DNA from: Octopus vulgaris | Taxonomy: Eukaryota | NCBI GenBank assembly: GCA_951406725.2 | Contig: OX597831.1 | Span: 30,628,001-30,692,000 of the forward strand | Direction: 5' to 3' | Length of the DNA: 64,000 nt | Shown: positions 1 to 13,660 of the stretch, piece by piece | Position numbering within the stretch: position 1 is the stretch's first letter | Layout: each line of letters opens with the position of its first letter | Notes under the pieces: generated by a model | Seen by the model: only the letters and a program-made list of their open reading frames with translations | Told to the model about the DNA's origin: nothing | Databases searched by the model: none | Program-made: the position numbers and the translations under genes

Positions 1-776
1 CGATACAGAGATACAGCGATATTGTGTCTACACTTAAATCTTGCAACGAAGGTACAAATACATTAAGGATCAGATCTTACATAACTCTACTTGAATTATA
101 GCAACTTCTTCATTGCTTCAGATGTAATGGGAAGCGGTGATGTCTTAAAAGTTAATGGCTGTCATTGGTTCTCATTCGAAAAATTCGTTTTTACGTCAGA
201 CGTCTTGATCAACACAGCATGGTGGAATCTATCTCCGCCTGTCAACTATACCTACTCGAAAAATATAACGAGGCTCTGGCAAAGGACAAAATGTAGTCTT
301 ACAATGCTACAATTGCTTCAAGTGGTGAACTGTAACTATCAATCATATACTATTTACTCTCAGTTTATAGAGTGGATTGACCTGAGTTAAATTTCTTGCT
401 CGAACGCAAATGCAATATTGATGACAGTAAACAAATCGCAGAGATTTCAGGCGGTAATCTACCATTTTATCGACTCCGTCAGTCGGAAATTTCATTTGCG
501 TTGATCTGAAGAGAAAACTTTTATAAAATTGTTAAAGGATGATAAATTAGGAACCACTTTTTAACCAGTTCGTATTCGAAAAATAATCTTTTGAAGTAAG
601 CAAGCGTTATCATACTGATTGTGTGAAGCCGTGACATCAAAGTCTTGGATTAAATGTTTCAGTTGTGCTGTTGGAAGAAATATATTCGTCACGACACGCA
701 ATATTCTTTCTTCTGAATCTATAGCAGTAATCACTCGCACACATACAAACATACGTACGTACATACACACTTGCTC

Positions 777-826
<50 letters not shown>

Positions 827-849
827 CTATAAATAAATATATATATACA

Positions 850-891
<42 letters not shown>

Positions 892-1019
892 AATATATAT
901 ATATATGTTTACACATACATATATGTATATATATATATATACATATACACACATATATGTATGCATATACATATACATATATATGTACATATATAAGCAA
1001 ATATACATACATAAATATA

Positions 1020-1067
<48 letters not shown>

Positions 1068-1526
1068 GTATGTGTGTGTCTGTATAATATGTATGTAATG
1101 TATGTAAATATATGTATGCATATGTTTTGTGTGCATGTCTGTGTTAGTGTGTGTGTGTGCGTGTGCGCGCATGTGTGTGTGTGTGCGTGAGTGAGTGTGT
1201 TGTGTATGTATGAGTGCGTGTGTGCTCGGCATCAGTCAATAATCTAAGAATCTTGAGATCCAAAGACGTGACGTCTCAGTTTCAGAATAGAATTTGTAGG
1301 AACATTAATAAAACATTACATCTCTCTTTCAGTTGACGAAAATCAGTGATATAAGAATAACTCTTGTTAACAAGCAATCTGATGAGGATAAACATAGTTC
1401 AGTAGTACGGATGCAGCTTCATATGACAGTAGATCGAATTGGTAGTTACGATATCTAGAACTCAACTGACAGGAAATGACTTATAGCATTAGACCGACGG
1501 CTGAAATGTACCTAGGGACGAATATA

Positions 1527-1908
1527 GGAGCACTCCGTCGGTTGCGACGATGAGGGTCCCAGCTGATACGATCAACGGAACAGCTTGCTCGTGATATTAA
1601 CGTGCAAGTGGCTGAGCACTCCAGAGACACGTGTACCCTTAACGTAGTTCTCGAGGAGATTCAGCGTGACACAGATTGTGACAAGGCCGGTCCTTTCAAA
1701 TACAGGTACAAGAGAAACAGGAAGAAAGAGCGAGAGAAAGTTGTGGTGAAAGAGTTCAGCAGGGTTCACCACCATCCCCTGCCGGAACCTCGTGGAGCTT
1801 TAGGTGTTTTCGCTCAATAAACACTCACAATGCCCGGTCTGGGAATCGAAACCGCGATCCTCCGACCGCGAGTCCGCTGCCCTAACCACTGGGACATTGC
1901 GCCTCCAC
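1527..1908 (-). mobile_element. tRNA-headed SINE (family C here), near full length
   Basis: Minus strand starts gtggaggcgcaatgtcccagtggttagggcagcggac...ggtttcgattccc (A and B boxes). Flanked by TSD-like cctagggacgaa (1511-1522) and cctaggggacgaa (1911-1923). Body shared with 3438-3732 and 6011-6190. Confidence 0.85.
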
Positions 1909-1973
1909 GCCCTAGGGGACGAACGATGCACGTATATATTATAGTAAGGCATTAATATGATTTAGGACAAGAA

Positions 1974-2605
1974 GGCGGCGAGCTGGCAGAAACGTTAGCG
2001 CGCCGGGCGAAATGCTTAGCGGTATTTCGTCTGCCGCTACGTTCTGAGTTCAAATTCCGCCGAGGTCGACTTTGCCTTTCATCCTTTCGGGGTCGATCAA
2101 ATAAGTATCACTTATGCACTGGAGTTGATATAATCGACTTAATCCGTTTGTCTGTACTAGTTTGTCCTCTCTGTGTTTAGCCCCTTGTGGGTAGTAAAGA
2201 AATAGAAATAGGTATTTCGTCTGCCGCTACGTTCTGAGTTCAAATTCCGCTGAGGTCGACTTTGCCTTTCATCCTTTCGGAGTCGATCAAATAAGTATCA
2301 CTTATGCACTGGGGTTTATATAATCGACTTAATCCGTTTGTCTGTACTAGTTTGTCCCCTCTGTGTGTAGCCCCTTGTGGGCAGTAAAGAAATAGGTATT
2401 TCGTCTGCCGCTACGTTCAAATTCCGCCGAGGCAACTTTGCCTTTCATGTTTTTTTTATGTTTTGAGTTCAAATTTCGCCGAGGCTGACTTTGCCTTTCA
2501 TCTTTTCGGGGTCAATAAATTATGTACCAGTTGCGTACTAGTGTCGGTCTAATCGACTGGGCCCCTCCCCAAAGATTTCGGGCTTTGTGCCTAGAGTTGA
2601 AAAGA
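1974..2605 (+). mobile_element. Tandem array of tRNA-headed SINE (family A)
   Basis: Head ggcggcgagctggcagaa...gagttcaaattcc. Central gcctttcatcctttcggggtcgat..aagta domain resembles the Meta/Sauria-type SINE core. Units restart at 2211, 2395 and about 2461. Confidence 0.85.
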
Positions 2606-2903
2606 GTATTGTAAGTCACAGTGGTGAAATGGCAGAATCGTTACCGCTATAGGCAAAATGCTTTACGGTATTTCGTCCATCCTTACTTTTGAGGTTAATT
2701 TCCTCCGATGTCGACTTTGTTTTTCAGCCATAGGGATCGATAAAATAAATACCATTTGAGTACAGGTATCGATATATTTTGCAATAAATATAATATATTG
2801 TAACCGAAATGTATGTATGAAGTAAATATGTTAGTAAAGCTATCATAGTTGTTACTAATGCTAGCATTGTCGTACATTATTGATAAGAATAAGATATCTA
2901 AAT

Positions 2904-3202
2904 CAGTGTTTCTCAAACTATCTGATGTGGCGTACCGGCAGGGTTTTTTTTCCAATGTCCCAGGAGCCGGTAATATTTCTTAGTAATACCAATCCATACC
3001 GGAAACATTATATATAATGGATATAATAAAAGTTGACAATTTTTTATCGTATATTTATTTTGTAAACAAATAATACAATATTACATAAGCATTTAAGAAG
3101 CATTTTATAATGTTTCTCTCTTTTCTGGAAACTCGCTGGGTACTGGCAACTGAGGCTTGTGGATCGCTACCGGTCTGCGGACCACCACTTTGAGTAACAC
3201 TG
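2904..3202. mobile_element. Non-autonomous hAT (Charlie-like) MITE
   Basis: TIRs cagtgtttctcaaa / tttgagtaacactg. Imperfect 8-bp flanks atctaaat / atctttac. Confidence 0.7.
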
Positions 3203-3437
3203 ATCTTTACATCAGTGCTACTGATAAATTTTAGTAAAAAGAAAGGTAAATGAGACAATCCGCAATTTAAAGTAATCAAAAAGTTCGTCGAAAATAGGTT
3301 TTCTAGGCTAAATAGCAAATGAGTTATTCTGTAAAACATAGTTATTACGTGACACAAAATAGAGGAAGGTAGAGTGGCAGCTTCATCCTCAAACCAACTT
3401 ATTCGAATCGGATTCAATTACTTATTTCGAGACTTCA

Positions 3438-3732
3438 ATGGATCAATGGAAGCACTCCGTCGGTTACGACGACGAAGGTTCCGGTTGATCCGAATCAACG
3501 GAACAGCTTGCTCGTGATATTAACGTGTAAGTGGCTGAGCACTCCACAGACACGTGTACCCTTAACGTAGTTCTCGGGGATATTCAGCGTGACACACAGA
3601 GTGACAAGGCCGGCCCTTTGAAATACAGGTACAACAGAAACTGGAAGTAAGAGTGAGAGAAAGTTGTGGTGAAAGAGTACAGCAGGGATCACCGCCATCC
3701 CCTGCCGGAGCCTCGTGGAGCTTTAGGTGTAG
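3438..3732 (-). mobile_element. 5'-truncated SINE family C
   Basis: Homologous to 1527-1808 and lacks the tRNA head. Exact 14-bp TSD atttcgagacttca at 3424-3437 and 3733-3746. Confidence 0.85.
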
Positions 3733-3793
3733 ATTTCGAGACTTCATATCCTATTTAACTTGAAAAAAGCATGGTTATTAACTAAACAAGTAT

Positions 3794-4034
3794 CTTTTGA
3801 ACTTGTTTCAGCTATTAGACTGCAGCCATGTTAGAGCACCTCCTTGAAGGATTTTACAAATCGACCCAAAGAATTAGACTTACTCTTTTAATCTTTGTAC
3901 TTACTCTATCAGTCGCTTTTGCCGAACTTCTACGTTACGAGGATGTAAACACTGCAAAATCTGTTGTCAAACCGTGGTGGGGAACAAACACTGACACAAA
4001 CACAAATACACACAAACACTCAGACACACGTGCA

Positions 4035-4133
<99 letters not shown>

Positions 4134-4293
4134 TACGACGGGCTTCTTTCAGTTTCCGTCCACCAAATTCACTCACAAGGCTTTGGTCGGCCCGAAGCTA
4201 TAGTAGAAGACACATGCCCAATGTGCCACGCAGTGGGACTGAACCCGAAACAATGCGGTTCGTAAGCAAGCTACTTACCACACAGACACTCCT
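3794..4293 (-). mobile_element. SINE family B (tRNA head + CORE-like segment + internal microsatellite)
   Basis: Homologous to 10838-11260, with a degenerate tail and expanded internal (CA)n(TA)n. Confidence 0.8.
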
Positions 4294-4860
4294 ATTTTTA
4301 TTTTATAATAATATTTTTTTTCTTTAAGAATTAGTTATCGAAAATAGACCCATTTCCCCGAAGAAGAAATATTTTGTGTTAGTCATCGTTTCATGTATTA
4401 AAGCGAGCGTGAATATTGTTGTATTTTTTTATGTCAACTTGGGGAGAAACTTCAACGTGATTTAAGTGCAAAGCAATTCATTTTATACGAAATGCAATCT
4501 ATATCCTTGGTGTCCCTGACGTCGTTGAAATTGATGGGAGCAGATGTCAATAATGCTTCAAGATGGATATTGAGATCCGTTTTATGATAAATCTTTCATA
4601 AATCTTTCATTTCCCACTCATGAAAAATACTTACAGATTTTGAAGAGATACGAAACGAAGAAAAAAAAGATCACTTCTCTTTCGGTGGGGCTCTGGATAC
4701 GGAAGACACACCAAATATGGAATGTTATACGGAGACGGACTGATATTTAGAAAAAGGATGACAATTTACAATACGAAGCATGAATCTATCATGAAACTGA
4801 GTTTGGATTGAGAGGTGAGTTAACCATTTATTAGTTCCCTATCGAAAATATTATTTATAT

Positions 4861-4930
<70 letters not shown>

Positions 4931-5052
4931 TACATACATATAAGGGGGCAGTCCCAACTGTGACCAATCCCGCGGGGTGGGCTTTCGCTCAACCCGGGAT
5001 GACCCACTGACTTCTCGAGCCCTGGCTTTATATATATATATATATATATATA

Positions 5053-5112
<60 letters not shown>

Positions 5113-6010
5113 TGTGTGTGTGCATATCTGTAGATGTGTAAATGTATATATGTATATAGATATGCGCGCGTGCACACCCACGCACAAACACACATGCACA
5201 TGTGCATACACACACGCGGGCGCGGACATATCTATGCCACAATATCCTCCAAAAGTGTTGAAATACGTACGTGCCAAAGAAAGAGAGAGAGGGGGGGAAA
5301 AGGGAGAGAGAAAGAGAGAAAGATAGAGAGAATAAGGGTGGTTCCACGGCTGCTCGATCTGCTATATAAAACAATCAAATTCCCTATGAAATAACACCCC
5401 AATATCTCAAAATACCAGACGAATCTCCCAAGAATGTTGTTCGGGACTCAAAGAACTATCTTGTGGTTATAGGTCTACTGAAACAGGGCTGACCTAGGCC
5501 TGAACAGTGTTCAAGAACATTAAATATTGATATTTTAGTCTAATTGGAGTAAAACGATATTGGACTAAAATGGCAATGTCTATAGAAAAGATTGCTGTGC
5601 ACTCTGGGGACAAAAACGGTGATCCGCCTTCGATCTCGAGCTAATGTTATTTTACTTTAATTACGTTTCAAATCCTCATTGGGAATTGTATGAACGTAAA
5701 ACAATCTTACATATCGGTTTTTACAAATTATTTAAGAAATCAATATTGTTCTTATGTTTATTGTTTTCTTTTTTTAACCTCTGTTGTTTTGGCTCAATTT
5801 CACAGATATGGCTGTGAGGTTACGAAACTCGCTTTGCACTTACGTGGTTTCGGGTTCAATCCTGCTATGTGGCTTCGTGGGCAAGTGCCTTTTGCTATAA
5901 CTACGGGCCCAACATTGTCTTATGACAGAAACCATCGGGCAGCTCGTCTTACATACATACAGTCATACAAACATACATGCATACATACATATATATATAT
6001 ATATATAAAA

Positions 6011-6336
6011 GGAGCACTCCGTCGATTGCGACGACAAGGGTCCCAACTGATACGATCAACGGAACAGCTTGCTCGTGAAATTAACGTGCAAGTGGCTGAG
6101 CACTCCACAGACGCGTGTACCTTTAACGTAGTTCTCGGGGAGATTCGGCATGACACAGAGTGTGACAAGGCTGACCCTTTGAAATACAGGTACTACTCAT
6201 TTTTGCCAGCTAAGTGGACTGGAGCAACGTGAAATAAAGTGTCTTGTTCAAAAACACAACGCGCCGCCGGGAATTGAACTCAGGACCTTACACTCATGAG
6301 CTGATTGCCCCTAAGCACTAAGCCACACGCCTTCAC
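6011..6336 (-). mobile_element. SINE with family D head and family C tail
   Basis: 6011-6192 matches the family C 3' part. 6193-6336 is a different head: gaaggcgtgtggcttagtg...gagttcaattccc...ttgaacaagacactttatttcacgttgctccagtccac. Confidence 0.8.
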
Positions 6337-6392
<56 letters not shown>

Positions 6393-6585
6393 TCCAGACA
6401 TTTTGACACAAATATATATATTTTTTAAAAAAAAAAAAAAAAAAAAATTTCTTTAAAAATTTTAAAATTATGTCATTTTAAGGAAGGGAAAAAAATTTTT
6501 CCAATATTCTCCAGACATTTTGACACAAATATATATATTTTTTAACATTTAAGCCTTCTGTCGTTTTTTCACACTTTACTATTTT

Positions 6586-6645
<60 letters not shown>

Positions 6646-7636
6646 TATATACATACACATATATATAGGTGTTGTTTTCTGTATCCTTTAGGATGTCTTC
6701 TAAGCGTTACCCACCATTCTCGCCTTTTTGGCCTTAAGGATGTATTTTCCTCGTTTCTTATTTATTTTGTCTTTGTCCATTGTTGTAGATTACATTTTTT
6801 CCCTTTCGTATGTAAACCCTTTGTTGTTTTGTTTACCCTAGGCCCTTCATTCTCTGCAAGTTTCCTGGGCACCACCAGCATGGGAAGTTCTCATCCACCA
6901 CCGTTTGGCTCCCGCTGTTGGTTCGTTTACGTGCCCGTAACTTAGTAGTTCCCCAAAAGAAACCTATAGAGTAAGTATGCGACTGAAAAACTAACAGTAC
7001 AGTGGCCAAATAAACCCGTCTAGGTGTTGCTCCAGCATGACCGCAATCAAATGGCTGAAGCATGTAAAAATCGAAAAGAAAAAAAAAGCAGAAAAAACAA
7101 TAAAAACTATGGATTATTTAGTGGATCTTTCAAGTCGTTCGACGCAAATCAACATGGAGTATCACCAGAGTATTGAATTTCTGATCATTCTATAGTTGTC
7201 AAGATCTCATGGGTGATTATACGATAGATTTAATGTTAAAAGTTACATACAGATTGGACGGCTCGTTCGCAGGGGTTAAAACTAATGAATGATATTTCAT
7301 CAATAATGATGCGATGGTCGAAATAGCGTTAGCCACTTCAACCTATTTCTGTTATATTATTTAGTTTTGTGTTTTTCTAGATTTCTGAGTGCCATTGCCA
7401 CCAATGTTTATTTTCTCGTTTTTCAGTCAGCAGTTGATGACATCTAAACCAATACTGAATTGAAAGGCGATCCAGTTTGTTACAAACTAACCTTTTCACC
7501 ATACAAAACTACAAAACCACTATCATGAATCGAAGAAAGTAAGTTTATGGAGTATGAAAATAATACTTTACTTCATGATCACAATGAAACACACGCACGC
7601 ACGCATACACACACACAAACATACACATACACACAG

Positions 7637-7687
<51 letters not shown>

Positions 7688-7705
7688 ATATATATATATA
7701 TATAC

Positions 7706-7768
<63 letters not shown>

Positions 7769-7828
7769 GATATTTCTGCACGCATTTATTTTCTCTCCTT
7801 GTTTCTTTCTGTGTTTCTTTTCTGTGTA

Positions 7829-7866
7829 TCTTTCTGTTGAAGAGCGTAGGCTTGAAACGTAAAAGA
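7829..7866 (+). ncRNA. Minimal type I hammerhead-like motif (A6U core variant)
   Basis: tcttt CTGTTGAA gagc-gtag-gctt GAAA cgt A aaaga. Stem I tcttt/aaaga, stem II, palindromic stem III ACGT. Lies in an ~190-bp module (7775-7964) between AT-rich microsatellite tracts. Confidence 0.65.
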
Positions 7867-7962
7867 CTTGTTTTATTTATATTTCTGAGCGCCATACTAA
7901 TGCAATTGTTTGTTTGTATTCCACCTGCCTTCGTCTTTTGTTTATTTTCATAAAGCTTCCCG

Positions 7963-7999
<37 letters not shown>

Positions 8000-8051
8000 G
8001 ATATATATATATATATATATATACATACATATAAGAGGGATTTTGTATATA

Positions 8052-8466
8052 TACTGTTTTACTCTTTTACTTGTTTCAGTCATTTGATTGTGGCCATGCT
8101 GGAGCACCGCCTTTAGTCGAGCAAATCGACCCCAGGACTTATTCTTTCTAAGCCTAGTACTTATTCTATCTGGCTCTTTTACCGAACCGCTAAGTTACGG
8201 GGACGTAAACACACCAGCATCGGTTGTCAAGCGATGTTGGAGGACAAACACAGACACACAAATACAGACACACAAACATATATATATATACAAGCATATA
8301 TACGACGAGCTTCTTTCAGTTTCCATCTATCAAATCCACTCACAAGGCTTTGGTCGGCCCGAGGCTATAGTAGAAGACACTTGCCCAAGGTGCCACGCAG
8401 TGGGACTGAACCCGGAACCATGTGGTTGGTAAGCAAGCCACTTACCACACAGCCACTTCTACGCCT
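8052..8466 (-). mobile_element. SINE family B, full length
   Basis: Reverse complement of the 10838-11260 type, from head aggcgtagaagtggctgtgtggtaag to tail gaaacaagtaaaagagta. Confidence 0.88.
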
Positions 8467-9269
8467 ATATATATAGAAGCAAACTTTTTACCACGTAGCT
8501 ATGATGATGATATTTTTGTAGATGTGAAGCATTTGGCGGAAAATTTCTTTCGCGTTCGTTTCTTCATAATTAAGCAACAAATTATTTAGCTCATATAATA
8601 ATTTTAGTTTTTGGATTTTCGCAAATTTGTTTTTGAAATTACTTATTCAAATTAACCTTTTTAACTTCCTAAAATACATATTGAAATATAGAAAATATTA
8701 AATATTTTGTGAAAATAAACAGCTCATTTCTTAATTTTAGTTGTTTTTTTATTCTCTCATGCTCTGCTTTCAAATTAGAAACGTTACTAAATATTGATAG
8801 CATTTGTGAGTAAAAGAGAGTACTTAGAGTCGCCATGACTATGAAGCACAGCAGTTAAGTGTCGCTACCGATACATTCAATGTAACAAAGAATCTTCAAC
8901 TGAAATAAAATTACTGTTAAAATAGTGAGAGTTAAAAATAAGCGAGACAACTAATAGTAATGAAATATGTTAATGAAAACGTAAACGACAGATAAGGTTA
9001 ATGAAACAGTGACAGAACGGTCAAGGCTTAGAGGTGGCAACTCTAAGTTTGATTAAATGATATTACGGTTATGTCCTGGGGTTGATTTGTTCGGCTAAAG
9101 GTGGTGCTCCAGCATGGCCGCAGTCAAATGACCGAAACAATAAAGAAAATAATAAAAAATACATATATTATACATTATATATATTATACATAAATATATA
9201 GTTAGGTATGTATGTTTATTCATATATGTGAGCCTGAAGGTATATTTATACACACTTACACACACACAC

Positions 9270-9334
<65 letters not shown>

Positions 9335-10267
9335 CATATATATATATATATATACATAATTGCAGACATATGTATATAGATGTATCTATATGTCCATGGA
9401 TGCACAACTTGTATGCATTTATGTATATATGTACACGTCACAGCTTCCATTAAAATGTCTATTTACTCCAACTTATGCATTGGCTTTCGTAATCAATACG
9501 CTCTAGAAATGAAACATCCTGTATTCGTTTGGTAGTTTTAAGCAGCCATTTTTTTGCAGACAGGCGGTCATACCATTTTCTCATATAAATAGACATACAT
9601 ACATACACACACACACACTCATATATTATATATGTGTGTCTGTGTGTATATATATGTGTATGTGTATGTATATATATATATGTATATATATATAAATATA
9701 TATACATATGTATATATGTATATATGTATATATATATATATATGTATATATATACGTATATATATATGTATGTATATATATATATACATATATATATATT
9801 TATATATATATATATTATTCTCGAAACTATGTCACTATGGCATCTATCTACATTCAACCTCCGTTCTTCTGTTCACTAACAGACGGATATTTGGTTGCGA
9901 TATTACTTCAAGACAAAATAATTGGATTCTTTTTGATCATACAACGTTTCTAAGAACTTCTGAGATTACATTCTTATTTTGTGCAATCATTTTTCCCCTC
10001 GAATCTTTCTTTATTATTTAGTTTCCATGTCATCAGATATATTTCTTTCTTTTAATATTCTTCTTCTCTTGAGAATAACTTAATTTTTTTTATTCTGTTT
10101 CTATTTCCTCATATTTCCATTGTATATATATATATTTTTTATCTTGAACATTTCCTATACAAACGTTTATATTATATTATACAGTAACACGCACACACAC
10201 AAAGGTACATAGATATAGATATACACACATACGCACAGATATATATATATATATACCTATACATGTA

Positions 10268-10318
<51 letters not shown>

Positions 10319-10771
10319 AGCACAATTACAAAGAAAAAAAAACATCTACAAATAATTCACTAAGCATATATTTAAGAAATATGTCCTAAAGTTTATTTAA
10401 TGAACATTTAGAGTTCTGTAATTCAGCAATTCATTTCATAGAATTCAGGTCTTCGAGACTCAAAATAGTTTCCCTTCTGGCTTCTTAGCAGAAAGTATTA
10501 AGGTTTCATATACTACTCACTGGAACATTATCGCATATATTGTTCTCTGACCTTGGTCCTTATAGAAATATCATACCATTGGTGATGTGGTTTGTGCATT
10601 ATTGGTATGAAGGTGTAACGTTATGCGTAACGTATTACTACCTGTAGATTCTTCAAGATATTTATGATGTAATGTTGAAGTTTTCAATATGGAATAATTG
10701 TAAAAGCCATATTTGTATGAATACATTTATGGTTTGCTTTTAATTAAGGTTACATGTATATATATCTGTGT

Positions 10772-10830
<59 letters not shown>

Positions 10831-10837
10831 GTGTGAT

Positions 10838-11260
10838 AGGCGCAGGAGTGGATGTGTGGTAAATAGCTTGCTTGCGAACCACACGGTTCTGGGTCCAGTC
10901 CCACTGCGTGGCACCTTGGGCAAGTGTATTCTACTATAGCCTCGGGCTGACCAAAGCCTTGTGAGTGTATTTGGTAGGCGGAAACTGAAAGAAGCTCGTC
11001 GTATATATTTGTATATATATGTGTGTGTGTGCGTGTGCGTGTGTGTGTGTTTGTGTATCTGTGTTTGTCCCCCCTCCCCCCAACATCGCTTGACAACCGA
11101 TGCTGGCGTGTTTACAACCCCGTAACTTAGCAGTTCAGCAAAACAGTCCGATAGAATAAGTACTAGGCTTACAAAGAATAAGTCCTGGGGTCGATTTGCT
11201 CGACTAAAGGCGGTGCTCCAGCATGGCCGCAGTCAAATGACTGAAACAAGTAAAAGAGTA
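10838..11260 (+). mobile_element. SINE family B, full length
   Basis: Head aggcgcaggagtggatgtgtggtaa (A box) and gggtccagtccc (B-box-like), then CORE-like accttgggcaagtg, internal (TA)/(TG) repeat, tail gcatggccgcagtcaaatgactgaaacaagtaaaagagta. Confidence 0.88.
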
Positions 11261-12232
11261 ATGAGTATATATATGTACATACAGATGCAAAAATGCTTAA
11301 ACAAACAACGTATCGTATAGCGAATGTGAAAACGAATAGGATACAAAGAGAATGTCCCTAATTCTTCATCAGTCAAAGACCAATATTGGTAATATTCAAT
11401 TTCACACCTTTAACGATAAAACTGAGTGCTTCCCAATTGTCTTGCATCGTTGCCCATCCTTCAATACATTTACTAAGCGTTACCCACTCTTCTCATCTCC
11501 TTTGCCCCAAGGCCGTATTTTGCTTGACTGTTCATACTCGTCCACCGTCCTGAATCATACTCTCGTGTCGTTTTGCTTGTTTTATTTTGTTTTGTTTGCT
11601 CTAGTCCCTAATTCTACGCAAGAAACTTTTTTTAGTTTATTTGTCGATTATTTTTTTGCGTGCACCGCCAATATGGAAGCACTCATATGCATATGTACGT
11701 ATGTATATTTATATATTTATATATTCATATATGTATGTATATACGATGCTTAATAAAATAAAACTACGTTGACAGGGAGATACTTAGACACAAAAACAAA
11801 CATACACACAACCACATACAGAATCACAAGCATACACACAGGCAGACACGCAGGCACACACATACTGACAATTAGTCTTTCCCTTTCTCAGCTCGTTCAC
11901 TTTGACCTCAGTGAAGGCATATAAAATACACCACATGCTTTAAAAAACTAAATTATGCTAATACCTACACCACGACCTTATGCAACGCAATAGTAAATTC
12001 GGTGTTAACGTATTCATTATATTAAATACATCATCACTACTTAACATAAATTAAATGCTCCTCTTTTTTTTTTTTCGTTTATCTTTCAGGAAGGAAACGA
12101 AATCGTGTAAAATAGTTATTAGTTTGGATATTTAAATATAAAAATATTTAACTATGTTATATCTTCTGTAATATTCTATTGCAAGTGTTTTCTTTTAGGT
12201 CCTTGTTTGATAGAATATATTGCTTGTACGTG

Positions 12233-12609
12233 TACTCTTTTACTTGTTGCAGTCATTTGACAGCGGCCATGCAGGAGCACTGCCTTTAGTGGAGCAAATC
12301 GATCCCAGGACTTATTCTTTGTAAGTCTAGTATTTATTCTATCGGCCTCTTTTGCCGAACCGCTAAGTTACAGGGACGTAAACACACCGGCATCGGTTGT
12401 CAAGCGATGTTGGGTGGACAAACATAGACATACATACACACACACATATATATACATATACATATATACGAGGGGCTTCTTTCAATTTCCGTCTACTGAA
12501 ATCCACTCACAAGGCTTTGGTCGGCCCGAAGCAATAGTAGAAGACACTTGCCCAAGATGCTACGCGTGGTTGGTAAGCAAGCTACTTACCACACAGCCAT
12601 CCTGCGCCT
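12233..12609 (-). mobile_element. SINE family B
   Basis: Homologous to 8052-8466, with a deletion covering the B box. Confidence 0.85.
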
Positions 12610-12722
12610 AACAAGTGTTGAACGTCTCTGAATGTCCATCAAAAATCCACGATGCGCCGTTCTTCAGTTTTGCAGTTTATTTAGTCATTCGAACTGCATA
12701 AATACAATATTACAATCTCCTA

Positions 12723-13091
12723 TACTCTTTTACTCTTTTACTTGCTTCAGTCATTTGACTGCGGCCATGCTGGAGCACCACCTTTTAGTACTTATTCTAT
12801 CGGTCTCTTTTTGCCGAACCGCTAAGTGACGGGGACGTAAACACACCAGCATCGGTTGTCAAGCAATGCTAGGGGGACAAACACAGACACACAAATACAC
12901 ACACATATACATATATATACATATATACGACAGGCTTCTTTCAGTTTCCGTCTACCAAATCCACTCACAAGGCATTGGTCGGCCCGGGGCTATAGCAGAA
13001 GACACTTGCCCAAGATGCCACGTAGTGGGACTGAACCCGCAACCGTGTGGTTGGTTAGCAAGCTACTTACCACACAGCCACTCCTGCGCCT
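12723..13091 (-). mobile_element. SINE family B
   Basis: Homologous to 8052-8466, with an internal deletion in the 3' part. Confidence 0.85.
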
Positions 13092-13143
13092 ATGTACATT
13101 ATTTATTTTTCTATTCGATAACTGTGTGCGCATGTATGTATAT

Positions 13144-13185
<42 letters not shown>

Positions 13186-13189
13186 CCAA

Positions 13190-13660
13190 CTTAACGTGAA
13201 TGTATTGTTAGAGTGTCGAATACTGCGGTATTTACCTTGAGAGGACTTTACATATAAATATATAATGCAGAAAAGCTCACTCATTTATATTCGTGACAGC
13301 GGAGAGTTGTCTGCTATGGCTACTAGTACTGCTAGATAACGTGATTTCCACATGCCCTGTCCCTTCAGTGTAAGACGTGCGGCAGCCGCATACCAAGCTG
13401 TCTTCTCAGGCACTGATGTCGCAAATAGCGACAAGCTTCTCAAAACTGAATTATTACCGACAGAAGCAGTATTAATACCGAAAGACAATCTTTATATCCA
13501 ACTTTGTATGGATGTATTTTTAAATACTGCGTTATTTACCCTGAGAGAACCTTTTATATAGATATATGGTGCAGAAAAGCAGGAGCCAATCGTTTGCTAG
13601 GAGCGTTTGAACTGCCCGGCCTCTGCCACTGATGAAATGGGGCACGTCGAAATCGCTACT
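13190..13660. mobile_element. Old hammerhead-bearing repeat (PLE terminus/retrozyme-like) with partial direct repeat
   Basis: aatactgcggtatttaccttgagagga...gcagaaaagc repeated at ~13219 and ~13523. Hammerhead-like cores at 13331-13372 (-) and 13625-13660 (+). Homologue at 60940-61120. Confidence 0.55.

Noticed and set aside
1-11. cgatacagaga, identical to part of U6
   Set aside because: Only 11 nt at the window edge, and the downstream sequence does not continue as U6.
1974-2605. Tandem repeat resembling a CRISPR array or tRNA cluster
   Set aside because: Units are ~185 bp with no unique spacers and no intact cloverleaf; it is a SINE concatemer.
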